From Raillietiella orientalis (lineage: Eukaryota), in NCBI GenBank assembly GCA_036172245.1, contig JAYWIR010000008.1, positions 372,001 through 436,000 of the forward strand: DNA of 64,000 bases, in the 5' to 3' direction. Made by a program: the position numbers and the translations under genes. The number at the start of each line of letters is the position of its first letter. Position 1 is the first letter of the stretch. Positions 38,303 to 51,216 of the stretch are shown here, in pieces. Under the pieces are notes generated by a model. It had not been told where the DNA came from. It worked only from the letters and a program-made list of their open reading frames with translations, and searched no databases.

Positions 38303-40491
38303 GCTCATCGGGCACGGATCGCGTCCCGTCGTCCAGCGAACCGGCACTCGACACGGGGGGCGGCTGTCCCGTGGCACTTTTCGAGCGCCCTTCCCGCGTT
38401 GATGCCTTGAGATGTGCGAGGGTTGCCCCTGATGCGCTGCCCAGCCGCCGTTGCGGGCAGGAACGGCGCCTGTTCGCCACTTCACCGGCCCAACAGCAGC
38501 ACGGCCAGGAAAAAGGAACGCAGTCGCGCAAAGTGACTGTGGGATGTACGGGCGCCGTGTCTTGCGTTCATCGTATCGTGGCACGCCCGGATGGTGTTCC
38601 CTGTTTCCCGACACAGAAACTCGTACGAGTTTATCACCCGGATGTGCCGGGGCATTTATTTGAAACAAACAAAAATACATGTTACTTTCTTGTGGTGAAC
38701 TCAAGGGCTCACCACTCCACAACAGCAAGCTAGTTGCCGGCGCAAAAACCGGCGAGGTCCATCCAACGCGCGGGGGTGGGAAGAAATAAAACAAAAAACA
38801 AACAAAAGGAAATGTAGGGAGGGCACAAAGTTCTGGGAGTGGGGAGGGGCGGGGATGGGATCACACTGCGCGTGGATTGGTCCTCTAGATCGTATTTAGG
38901 ATCCTAGCGAGCTGAGTCCCGTTCACGCCAAGGTGGAGCTTTCTTGCGAATATTCGCGTCCAGTGGGTGGCAACCCTGCCATTCGTGCATCTTCTAGACG
39001 CATTCCATACCGCCACGATTCCGCGTATGCAGTACAGCACTGCTAAGGAAGCGGCCGGGGGCAAGGAGGCACGCGAGAAGAGTCGCCGGAAAATGTCCCT
39101 GGGTGTACCTCCGTCAATGTTCAGGATCGTAGCAAGACGATCCCAGAGGGGGTGGAGGGCGACGCATTCCACAAGAAAGTGAAGGAAGGTCTCCTTCTCT
39201 CCGCACCGTGCACAAAAGGCATCCACACTCCCACGAGTCCAGTGGGTGAGGCGCGCTTTGCAGGGGAGTCTCCAATGCAAAACAAATAGCGCCATCTCCT
39301 GTCACTTAATGGGAAGGGAGCCACTGTTCCAACACGCTGGGGGCCACTTCACCTCCTCCGGAGGTATTGCGAGTAGCTCGCCCCAACGTATGATTCCATT
39401 GGGCGGGACACTCGGGGTCGTAGCGTCCGCTAGCTGCCGAGATGTCCACGTCTTTATCGGTCGCGTCCTGCCTTCCACGGTACACGACACTTTCCAGGTT
39501 CCCTGCTCGTTGTTGTCTCTACAGTACACCAAGGAGGGCAGCACCGGGGCAAGGGGGGTAGTCTGAGCCCACAGACTACAGGATTCTGATGCGCAGAAGT
39601 CCCCCAACGGAACGCCAAGGTACTTGAAGCACCTGACCGTGGGGATCCCCAAGCGGATCCAGTCGTACGAGTACTACGAGTCAACCGAGTTGCAGACGGA
39701 TTTGGGGTGGATGCGGAAGGAGACACCGCACCGCTAGGAAAGCGGGTCGTTCAGGGTGATCCGCTCGGAAGCGCCTGCCACGTGCGCCGTCCACACGAGA
39801 GGATTCAGCATGGGCTTCAGCCCTTTTCGAGATGAGTTCGCCTGCCAACCTCTTTTTCGAGAGCGCATGGTTTCAGGGACAGGAGCACGGAGCAGAGACA
39901 GGGATGGAGAAAACGGTTGACCTCCTCCCGAATGTCGCGGTGTTCTCTGAGCACGGAAGGGAGCCCTAGCGGTTTCAGTTTACCTGCGAAGGTCATTCGA
40001 ATGTGTGGACCTTCTGGGCAGTTTCTTGCAGAGCCCTTCGAACGCATGGGTTCTCCAACCGCCTAAACGGCTTATGCGCGCTCCCGCAGGCGCGATGCGC
40101 TCACAACCCTCTCTTTCAGAGGTCAACACGTGTACGTGGACCTGCCGGTGGGGCGCGGCATTTGCCAGGGCGGCAGCCTGAGCCTCCTGCTCTTCAGCAC
40201 ATGCCTTGAGTTGGCGCTGAAGTCATGGCCACCATCTCCTGCTCCCGTTTCCCACATCCAGCCCTGCGCGAGACCTTCTTGCAGTTGTGAAGCCGTGTGG
40301 AGGGTGAGGGGATAAACAGGGCGATTTCTCGGATAGTGGGTGCGACTTGGGCTGAACAGTCTGAGTGGATATGCTTGGCGCAAGCGCAAGTACTTGAAGT
40401 GCTTGTGAGTTCCGTCGGGGGGACTTGTTCCATTCAGACGCCTGGCCAGGCCATCTCCAGAAGGTGGAGCTGGAGATCGACCTGTTCCTGG
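38303..40491 (-). repeat. Right arm of 2.19-kb inverted repeat
   Basis: Reverse complement of 25841-28029. Confidence 0.95.
38631..39662 (-). mobile_element. Duplicate of the L1/Tx1-type copy at 26670-27701
   Basis: Same sequence and same TSD (TCGTACGAGT at 38621-38630 and 39663-39672). Confidence 0.92.
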
Positions 40492-40670
40492 AGAACAAGT
40501 TGCACTTGCCTGAACGGGCCGAGGGTGCGAACACGTTTGCTGCTCCCCTCCCTCGCACCCTAGTTTTTGTTGGTTCCATCCACAGCGAGGTGAAATGGCG
40601 GACGAAGGACATCATGAGCATCGCGCTGTCGGTCAACGGGCAACCCGCGGTCCTGCTGATGGTCAGGTGA
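40003..40670 (+). pseudogene. Decayed L1/Tx1 RT-domain fragment, extending beyond the inverted-repeat arm
   Basis: GICQGGSLSLLLFST; LENKLHLPERAEGANTFAAPL...RTKDIMSIAL. Confidence 0.8.
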
Positions 40671-40689
40671 GTTCCGCGCCGGGCGGCGT

Positions 40690-43600
40690 CCTCGTCCTCC
40701 TTACGCTGGAGCGGTTGGAAATCCAGTTGGGATGATGAACGATGGCCATCGTGGTAAAGTACTGGAGTCCCCTGTGGTGCATTCCTGCGCGCTTCCTCGC
40801 CATCCGTGTCTCTCCGACGGAAGGACTTGCCTGGTGTCTTGTGTGTTCCTGCGAAACGTTGAGAAGATGCAGTCTCATCTTCGGACACATGGCCACCCTC
40901 TCCGATCCCCTTTATTATGGAAGGAGTTTCTTTCTCCGTTTGAGGGATCGAGGGATGGAGAGCAGCATGCGAGGATGGCCTGCACCTGAGTGTTCCGTTG
41001 GGCGCTTGGCAGCAAGACTGTAGGGAGTGAAGCTGAAGGAGTGGTGAGCATGTGGACACTTCTCAGCGGCGCGGATGGTGTGCCTGTCTTCCTCCGCTCA
41101 GCAAGGCGGTGCGTTTCCTGGCGGATGGAGTAGAATTGCACCATCTCGACCACTGGCGTCCCATCCCTACGGTGGACTCGGAAGTCATGTATTGGGGTGT
41201 GGCGAAAGAACATGAGAAAACACAAGACCATGTCATTCCCTCTCATCGCGCAACCACCATCATCACCACTCAACAAGTCAGGCTGGAGATGAGTGGGAAC
41301 AGGAAACCTAGAGCACAAAAGAAAGGGCAGCGTGGTTTCCATTCCCGTTCCGTGCGCATTGGTCATTCCACGGTGGGATTCGTTGGCGCAACTACCCGTT
41401 TTCGACGGCCGGTGAAACTCCTGTACCCTGGACCAATACCAGAGTCCGATCAGCAGTATGATCCTGCGGGCACACAGTGTCAGATCCATGTGTACCCGTG
41501 AAGCCAAGGGATGCAGGCGCCAACTAGCAGTAAAGGACGCCTGCCATGCTCTGCTTCGATGTGGAACCAATGGTCCTTGCTACCCAGGATTCGGCCACGA
41601 TCAGCACAGGAGAGTGCGGATGCGTGTCAGTTTTCCCAATGCGTTGAGCTGCAGGGTGGACACTCTCCGCATGAGGCGAGAAACAGGCCGTGATCTTCGC
41701 ACTGGTTAATGCGAGAAGTCGCTTCCTCTCGCCGCTCCAGTGTAGCCTGTTGGAATGTCGACGGACTACACGACAACGAGAAGGGACGTTCTGTAGTTAA
41801 TTTTTGTCTGCCGTGTGGATTTGGCACTCCTGCTGGAATGCAAAACGTCTCCGATCATCGGACTGCCTCGCTGGAGCAAAGCACTTGATTGACGCTACTA
41901 CATTGGTGCCACGGAGCCGGACGTGCGTGGCGCAAGCGGTGCACAGCCTTGATAAGCACGGAGCACGGGTCCAACTTGTGCTCAGAGCTGAGCAGTTGGA
42001 GTATCGGTGCCATTGCTGGGTTCAGTGGCATTTCACTTAGGAAGCAACCCTGTTTCACACCTGAGGCAATGGGTATTGGTTGGGACATGCCTCAGAGCAG
42101 GTTATCCGGGTTGATGTTTCCCAGCATTGGAGCTCAGTAAATTCTGTCTATTCCTAACTAAAGTAGAGAAACGAACATTAGGGTGTGGAGGGCAGACGAG
42201 AACGCATCCTTGACATCTAGCCAGCAAGCTGCAATGTCCTCATGGTAGACCCGTGGTCTTTCAAGTAACGTCGCAAGCACAAAGTCTGATTTCAGGACAC
42301 CATGAAATGGAAGAAACAAATCCTTGCTGGTGTGGTCCAAGAATGGAGTTTTCCTGCATTCATGTTGGCAGTCTTCTTGCCAGAATCTTGAAGAGCACTT
42401 TCCCTAGCGTGGAACATAGGGAAATGGGACGAACGTCTCCAATTCAATTGGAGACGTCGCTTGTATCGGTCCTGTTTCCTTTAAGGATTATTGCTTCTAG
42501 AGTTTTTCCATTCAAGGGGATACAGAGAATAGATATACAGAGATAGATGGAGAATACAGAGAATGGTGGTGCTAGGCAATCTGCTTCGGGATCTGCTGCT
42601 TGGAGAGCTGAGTATGGAATTCCAACTAGTCCGGGAGGGGAGTCCAAACTGGAGCTGAAAACAAACTGAACTCCGAGCGGATTGACGGAGGAGAGGCTTC
42701 AGGAGGTTGTGGCTTCATTTTGGGGAAGCATCTCTAGAAGATCTGTGCTGGATTGGGAAGAAAATTTTTTTGAAGTGTTTTTACGGTTACTGCGCCGTAG
42801 TGATTGTGGATTCCCAGCATTGGGGGCATTCGTGAAGGGACCACCAGGTCTAAGAGTATACCATCGAATGCGATAGTTTTCGCATATTTTCCCCACGATG
42901 TCGATTGGGATCATCGCAGCGTCATCTTTTCCACGTGTCGAAAGACGCAGGTTGTTCTCACTGCCATTGTAACTTCGCAATCTGTTGACTTGGATGGTTT
43001 CGTCTGGCTTGATGCTGCAGGTGGGGTTTGCAAAGGTCATTACAGGGAGCACGCGGCGAGGAGGGTGGTTGACTGGCATGCAAATGGAGGATGCGGTTTC
43101 TCTCACCAGAGGGGCTCCGTGTGTCTCATGTGTTCGTTACGTCTCCTTATCGTGCGTTTCTATTTTTAGTTTGTTACACTCATTTCTTCTTGATGCTGAT
43201 GTTGGAAAAGGGGAGCAAACCTCCTGTGAAATGGAGAGAGTGGGAGGTTGAGGATTTTTGGACGCACTTGGAATCGTTTTATCTTCGGGAACTGCTTCTG
43301 GTGCCATCTTGAGTGGCTGATAAGCCCTTTAGCACTAGTAAATGTTCCTGTACAGTAGAGGACTTTGCGAAGGAACGTGTTAGGAATTGAAATTCCATTA
43401 GGGATGGGCATTTGTCCTAGTTTGAAACGTAAGGGATGGAATAGAAACATCTTTTGAGCATGATCTTCACTTTGTAATGGTGGAAGGGTAGATCTTGTGC
43501 GGAGGCTAAGTGTCTCTTCAGCGATGCAAGGGTACTCCTGGATGCGAGCATTCTCGAGCCCAATGCCCTGATTCAATTATGCATTTGAGAATCTTTGCAG

Positions 43601-44900
43601 CTAAGAAACCTGCGAATAGGGTATTGTCCCTCGTAAGTGCCATGTCCTTGCTAGAGATAGGAGGAATCGGAATCTTGGCGAGCGGCGGGCTGATGGGTGG
43701 TTTCGTGCTCGCATGCAAGGATCACTCGTGGGGGTAGGTGAGGAAGATGTTTGAGGCTACCTCGTTTGAATTCCGGGATCCTTCGCACCAGCTGGGCAAT
43801 ACCAGAAGATGTGGAGGGAATGGGCTCAGGCTTTATTTCTGTATATGGAGGGCTGGCAGTTCATTGGGAATATCGGGATTGCAAGTGGTAGCCATGTTCG
43901 TTTGCGGCATCAAGTGGTCATCCCTTGAGGACTTGTTTTCGATTTTGGAGCACTTCTGGAGCCTTAGAGTTCCAGTTGTTGGAGACTGCCGTTTGAAGCT
44001 TCTACGTTGTCTGGACGTCGTCAACTACATCATGTTTGTGCAAGAAGGAGAGAGCTTCGTTAGCTTGATGGGTGATGGTGGGTTTGTGAGCGGAAGGTGA
44101 CTTTTTGGTGTCCATCAACGTCTTTCCTGGGATTACTGTTGTTGAGATTTAAAGGTATGGGAATTACTTGTGGCAGATTCCTGACTGTTTCTGCATATGT
44201 TCGATGTAAGGAAAGTAAGGGTGATGAACTTTTGTGGGGCGGAAGTGATTGCAGGCGATGTGAGTTGGTCAAAAAACACATCCGACAGTAGTTGGAGTGC
44301 ATTCCTGCATTTTCCGAAGTTGTCCACTCCTATAAATTCAGGGCTGTTCCGAATGTAGTATAAGGGAGGCAGAGTGTTATAAAGAACACAGGACCAACTG
44401 AAAAAAGTAACATTTATAGTGAGTTCGTGTTTATGGCATATATGGAATATGGGGTGACCTTCGGGTTTATTTGCGATATCTTCATATACCGCAAAATACT
44501 CTTTTGAATCCTTAAACGCTCAGCTTTGTCATGCTGCTTCAGAAGACTCTGTCGGCCAACGCTTGACCCACAGGTTTTCAGCTGGTAGGCAAAGCATTCC
44601 AGAGGTTAGGGCATCTTTTCCTGCCTGCTGAGGCATAGATGTGTGTTTGAAAAACGAACAAAGTCATCTGACGTTTGAACACGTTTGGGAATGAAGAAAA
44701 GGATGCTCCGGGGAGATGCACCACGGGTGCGAATCACATGCGTTTTTAAGTTTCTTCTTTGGTTTGAGGGTCTGCCAGCAGTATTGAGAAATGCACACTT
44801 GAAAATGGGACACGAGCATGGAGAGATTATTGGAATCTGAATATATAATGTCCGTCATTTTTTGATTGTGTAGTGACACAATAAAAAGATGTGTTCACTT
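40690..44900 (-). mobile_element. Heavily decayed non-LTR element of the RLE-bearing group (R2/NeSL/Utopia-like), 3'-truncated
   Basis: SPPGLVGIPY..L...DP, DVSN(W)R.PISLCSTLGKVLFKILARRL, AACWLDVKDAFSSALH, IPIASGVKQGCFLS; upstream C2H2-like YCTGTFTSAKGLISHSRWH; no APE domain seen. The 5' boundary is uncertain. Confidence 0.75.
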
Positions 44901-45434
44901 GCAAAAGATCGATGAGATAAAAAGCAACACCATGAACTATTCTGTTGAGCTACCTTAGCAGCAGTTAGTCTTCTTCCAGTACGACTAGAGCGACTAACTG
45001 TGACCTTCGATCCACGCGGTTGGAGAGAACAATAGCACTCATTTGATTTGGATTTGTAGTGGCCAGGGGCAGATTTGGTGAAAGAGGGACAACTAGGGAC
45101 AATTGTGAGGGAAGGAGATTCCAAGTGTTCGACGTCCTTAATCTTGAACAGTTGTTCGTGTCTTTGTCAAATGACTTGAGGGATGTCATCCAATAAATTT
45201 AGGTACAATTTTTTTCAAGAGACTGATCCCAGCATTTTGATCTAGCAACACTCTACTTCTTAACAGCAACATTTCGACCTCAGCCAAGGCAACTCGGTCT
45301 CCGACTGGCGCAGAGACGAAGGTGATGATGAAGAACCCTACTTCTCGGGCACTCGCAACGCTCCTCGCGGACAAGAGGGCAACTGTGCATGCGAGCGCGG
45401 TGGCCGCAGCAGCGCCCGTAGCGGTTTCACAACG

Positions 45435-48400
45435 TTTCCCCAGTCTGACCAGCTGTGGGCTGGATGTATAGAACAAACAAGAAACAAACAATCCATTGAA
45501 AGGACCTTTCACTGCGACGATGGTTCGGTCGGTCTGCTTGGTGTCTTTGCGACCCTCGCACTCAATTCACTGTACTGTCCTGGCGGCGCACCGGACTATC
45601 TTTACGCAGTGCTTGAGGATCCAAGATGCAAGATCCACCCCGCACGCACGAATGCCGATTTCTCTGATCAAAAGTCCTTGCAGGACATCCTGGGCGTTTC
45701 AGGCGCGGCCCCTTGTGAGCTTCGTCCTCCTAATGAGGATGCTCCTCAGGAAGAAGGCGACGATCACCGTAGAGCACGGTAGGGTTGTCGCGGGGCACGC
45801 CGTCTTCGCTCTCCAGCAGTCCACGCAGATGTCCAGATTCGAGGTGTTGTCCAATCCGATGGCTCGCCGCACCACTCTCCAGTCCCGGATAAGGGTGCGG
45901 CAAGTGTACACGTGCAGGTCGTTTACGGTCGATCCGCAAGCCGGACCCTGGTCGTCGTCGGGGCTGCCGGTCCAGCGTCGGAGTGTCGTCCCGCACAGGA
46001 TGCCTCCGTGATAAAACATCAGGAGGCAATCCCGAACGTCCGGCGGTAGAGAGGACCTCCAGAGCACCGTCGCGATGGCCTGCGGGCTGACTCCCGGTTG
46101 ACCAAACCTGGCCAGGGTCGTGCTCAGCGCTTCCTCCGCAGTGGATGCCACCGACATCTGGACATTGTCGTGTCGGGAGCTCACCCTGGACCACTGCGTC
46201 CCCTGGGCTTGCCAGAGCTCTCGGGTCCTGTTGTTACCCAGCCTTGCATCCAGCGCTTGCACGCGAGGACTCGCACCGCGTTGATGACTCCGCTGGTGGC
46301 TAGTCGCTCGCAGTCTCTCAGGTCATTTTACCTTGCTAACGGAGCCAAACTTGCGTTTCCCAAGGGATGCTGATGAACCGCGGGATCACCTTGGCGAGCT
46401 CCCTGTCCCATAATCTCCTGCTTCTCAGGATGATCTTGAGCTTCAGCGCCATCACCAGACAGTGGAGCCTTGGTCAGATGGCGCCGACGACTTTCCACTG
46501 CCAGAGTTTGTGCAACATGGCGCGACGTGAGGTCCTCACTTCCCAACCGCATCTTAGTATACGCCCTGTGAAACGGAAACGGCCATTCTTTCCAATGGCT
46601 GACGTAGCGGGCCAGCAGCTTGAGGTCCTGGAGCTTCACGGCATGCGAGATTTCCCGCATGCTGGTGCCCCTTCGGTCCTCGAGAGACACAGATTCTTCT
46701 CTTTGGTCTTCTCACGTTCCAAATCAAATCCCGCTGGATGTTCCCCCGCTCTTCGACTATCCACTCCAGGATCTTGTCGAAGGACGCGGCAAACGGAAAC
46801 TTGGGCGCGATTGCTCCGTTCCAGAGATTGGCTTTGTCTCGGAAGGAGAGGTTCGCCCCCCTGTACAAGGTGGGTGTGCTCCCCAAGTTTGGCGACTATG
46901 TCCTGCCATTGCGTTTCGTCCGCCGTGTCTTCCTCTCCGATCGTAACCCACAAGCATTTGACTCTGTCCACTACGCGGAAACCGCGGAAGCGTAGGACGG
47001 TGACTTCCGGTATCCTGATCCATGATCCTGTCTGTTGGCCGGATTTCTTCTGATCCACCTTCATCTCCGAGTCCGTGCTCCATGTCGTCAAGGATGTCGA
47101 GGAACGCCTCTTGATCCCATGTCGGACATGACAAACAGGAGATCGTCGGCGTAGACCAGGTGCGTGATCGTGTCGGATTCTTCTCGATCCAAGGTGATGC
47201 CCTTGAGCCGCCTCTCGTTGGTCACGAGGAGAGCGACCGCCTCCGTCCATGTAGATGACGAAGAGGATGGATCTGAGGGCATCCCCCTGGCGGACTCCTC
47301 TTTCTATTTTAACGTCTTTCGTCTTCAGTCCGTGCACGTGCATTCGAAAGTGGACTGCACCAAGGGTGCGCTGGACGTGCTGCAGCAATTTCCCTTGAAA
47401 GCCCATCTTGCGGAGAGTGCTCGTCAGCATGCCGTGGTCAACCGAATCGAAGGTCCTCTCGATGTCGTTGAGCGCGAGCGCCAGGTCGTTGCCCAGGATG
47501 CTGGTGTAACCCAGCAGTGCTCGTGCGCTCTTGAGACTGTCACACATGCGCCTGCCGGGCACGGCGCACGTCTGACTGAGAGGAATCAACGATTTCAAGG
47601 TCCTCTTCAGCCTGATTACCCAGATCTTGTCCACCCACTTCGCATCAGAGTTGAGGAACTTACCTTTTTGCTGTTTGGTATATCGTCGATTTGATTATTT
47701 AAGAGTAATTAATTTTCCTGATAAAGAGAAATTTAAAGTTTTCATCAAGATGCAGCATGAAAAGGAATATTAGTGATTAGCTACGATATTTGAAGTTAGG
47801 ATGTATATTGACGGTGAGGTGGTCGCCGCCGCTCTTCGGGAGCAGCCGCATCCTGCCTCGGTGGAAGGAGGCGGGCAGTCGATTTTCCCTGGCGACGCAG
47901 TCCAGCAGCTGGCGAAAGAGGAGCTGGTAGGCGGGCAGGAAGCGTCGGTAGTGCGTGACGGGAACGCTGTCCGGACCTGCCGCCACATCCTTGAGCAGTT
48001 TGTCGAACCCCGCCCGGACCTCGTCCAGGGAGAATTCCGCCTCCATTTCCGCGATTTCTCGGCAGCTCAGGTGCTTGTTCACGCTGCGCAGGATGCGTTG
48101 CTGGGCTCCCAGCTCCAGACTTTTCTTTCGAAACAGGTCGGTGTAACGTCTTCGGAAAGCTTCCAGCACCTCCTTTGATGATTGACACTCTCGGCCGTCG
48201 TGTTGGACGTAGCTGTCGGTCGGGAGGCTGTTCTTCTCCAGCCGTGCGACGTCCTTCTTGAGGCTGCGATCTAGAAAGCGTCTCTGGTACTCTTGCCAGT
48301 AGTTGGAGTGTGAGGGATATCGATGGACGGTCTCCCCGTACGCCTCCTTGTGTAGTACTCTATCGCCATACTGCATGTTAGCTGACACGTGGTTCGTATG

Positions 48401-49330
48401 CTTCAGGAAGAAATCCCAGTCATCCACGCGATCGATGGTAGTCGTGGACACGATGGTCTCGAGGACGCGCTGGTACGCAGAACCACTCGGTTATGCAGAG
48501 GAGTGATGCCCTGGACTCCGCGTGCTCCCTCCTAAGATTCCTCGCCTGCACCCGGAACTTCAGCAGGGCATGGTTTGGGAGCCTATCGTTTAGCTCCCGG
48601 ATCCCCTGGATGCGGTTGTTCAGGGCCCGCGAGTGGAGGACGTAGTCGATCGGCGTCAGGTTCGCCCCCGTGCACGCGAGGACGAGATCGACGGCCAACC
48701 GCCTGTAGGCATTGGCTACACTCTTTCGGTCGGTTCGGTCGGTCGCCTTTCCAGCTTATGTGCAGATCGCCCACCAGGATGAGAAAGTCCTTCGCTATGA
48801 TCTTGCTCTTGACGAGTTCAGCAAGGGCCCTCGCGAAGGTGCCCTTCCGGTTGTGCGGTCTGTAGACGTTGACCACGAACAGCTGCTCGCGTCCGGACCA
48901 TGCCATCCGGAGGCCGAGCACGCGGCCTCCGTGGAACACCTCCAGAATGGTCGGAGACAGCTCGTTCTTCACCAAGGTGGCGACCCCTTTCCTGCGCGCT
49001 TCTCCCTGTTGACGAAGACCTGCACCTGCAACTGCTGGTTAAATTCTGCCTCTGTTTCCGGAGTCAGGTGATGAGTTTTTTGCAGGCAGCAGATGTTCTC
49101 CTGGAGAAGGAGCCATTGCTGGTGCCTCCTTTTTCTCCTGTAAGCGCATCCGTTCAAGCTCCAGGACGCGACCCTGATGTTTCCTACGGACGACAGGAAC
49201 TGCGCTATTCTTCAAGGACGGGGGTGAGAGGGAGGGAAGACGCGAGCAGCCGGTACCACCTTCCTCTTCTTGGACCGCTGCGCAGTCGCTCGGGTCTGTC
49301 TGTGATCTGTGCGGCTGGAGGGCCGTTTGG
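45435..49330 (-). mobile_element. Decayed L1/Tx1-type element of a second, more distant family (ORF1 tail, full-length frameshifted ORF2, 3' UTR)
   Basis: IRVASWSLNG, VVNVYRP, ILVGDLHI, AAGPDS, QTCAVPGRRM, NDIERTFDSVDH, RGVRQGDAL, LVYADDLL, PACGSTVNDLHVYTC. Confidence 0.9.
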
Positions 49331-49531
49331 TGGCAGCGCCTCTCTCGGCTACTGCTCCATCATTAGCTCCGGCGACGACGACGGCGACGAAGGCGACGCA
49401 TACTCCTCCATGGAGGAGGGCGAAGCGGTGCGCGACGCACCCCCTCCTCCTAGCGTCCCGCCCGACAAGGTGGCGGGAGTCCCATTGCCAATTTCCCAGG
49501 ATTAACACCTGGACTCGCCTGTCGCCGTAGG

Positions 49532-51216
49532 ATACGCGTAGCCTGCTGGAACGTCAACGGGCTGCGCGATGACGGCAACAGGCGGGACACGACCGACACC
49601 CTGCGTGACTTCGACCTGGCGCTCCTGCAGGAGATCCACGTGATCACCGCGGAGAACGCCCAGGAGATCGAAAGGATCGCAGGGGGTCGTCTATTTTGGC
49701 AATGCGGCGCTCGCAACACCTGTGGCGTCGCGTTTTTTATGAAGCCAGCAGTCGCTTCCTTCGTCAAGGACGTACGATTCGACAAGGACAGTCGGGTCGG
49801 CCAGCTTATCCTTAAGTGGTCCGACTCGATCGACCTTGTCGTGACTGATGTGTACGCTCCGAGCGAAGGACGCGGGTACGGGGAACGTTCCCGGTTCCTC
49901 GAAACCCTGAAGCGCGACTGGCTGGCGGATACAAACGTACGCAAGGCACATCTGATCGGTGGGGATTTCAACATCCGCCTGCTCTCAGGTGTGTCTTGCA
50001 GGCAAAAAGACGCAACCAACGAGTTGTGCGCCGCTATGCGTACGCGCAACTTGCTGGGGGACCTACCGGAAATGGCCCAAAGCGTAGACCACGTCTTCCT
50101 TGACGCCGACCTGTGCCCACGGGTCGGCAGACGAGGGAAACTTCCGTCGACGCTATCGGACCACTTCCGGTTGATAATCGAAATTATGCCACGCGACAAA
50201 GGACCACCATCCAGGGCGTGGCGTATGCCAGGGGACTGGACGCGCATCTCCGGTGCGGCGGAACATCTCCGTCAGTTCCTGAGAGGCGTCATCCTCCGCA
50301 ACCTCGAAGACTGGGACCGCATGAAGGTCTCGGTCCGCAAGTTCTGCGAGGATTTCCCTTTGCACCGCCTGCCCCGGGGATTTGGTGAAGGGGCCCGCAA
50401 CGAAAGGGCGTATTTGCACGCCCGTCGTTTCGCAAGGACCCCTGACGTCCGTCGCTTGGCGGAATACAAAGCCGGGGCCGAGCGTCAAGCACGGCAAACC
50501 GGACCGCCCAGCGTGCTGGACGATTTGGACCAGGAACACTCGGAGCCGGCTTCGATACGTCGCCTCGTGCGCGGATTTTACTCCTCTCTCTACGCAAGGG
50601 CACCTGCGGAGTGGAACGCTTCGCGGCTCCTGCTTCCAGATGGAGCCCCGGCCATAGATGAGGAGGAGAAAGAAAGCCTCGACGAGCCTTTTACGACCGG
50701 GGAAATCATCACCGCGATTAAAAGGCTCAAAAGGCGTAAGGCGCCAGGGGAGGACGGCCTGCCGGCGGAGTTCTTTCAGTGCTTCGTCGCAGAGCTGACC
50801 CCCCTGGTGCTCAAATTGACATCGCTGATCCGAGACCAATGCGAGGTTCCTTCCTCGTTTCGGTCAGCCAGGGTGAGGCTCCTCCCTAAGGGAGGAGACC
50901 TCACGAAATTAAGCAACTGGCGTCCGATCACCATAGTGAACACGGACGCCAAGCTGCTGGCCGGACTGTGGGCTGCGCGGCTGGGACAGGTAGCTGACAG
51001 CTTCGTCAGCCCGGAACAGACGTACGCTGTTCCCGGGCGGAGCATGGAAGCGAACCTGTTCTTCGCCAGCACATGGTTCAATCTACAATACGAAGAAAAA
51101 GAGAAGAAAAAAGAACAAAATGACGACAAACCTAATTTGGGAACGCCAGCGCGGCAAACGAGGGACTGCCGGGAAGGGAAGGGGGCTTTAGCGATCGCAG
51201 TCGATCTGCACAAAGC
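49532..51216 (+). CDS. Element A ORF2, N-terminal half (APE endonuclease, linker, start of RT); start codon not identified
   Basis: IRVACWNVNGLR, LLQEIH, VYAP, GGDFN, DHVF, SDH; KAPGEDGLPAEFF, LSNWRPITIVNTDAK, QTYAVPGRS, AVDLHKA. Confidence 0.9.

Noticed and set aside
42699..43106. Ulp1-like protease in the RLE-group element (ICMPVNH)
   Set aside because: Catalytic HW and QxxxxDCG motifs not discernible; needs an HMM search
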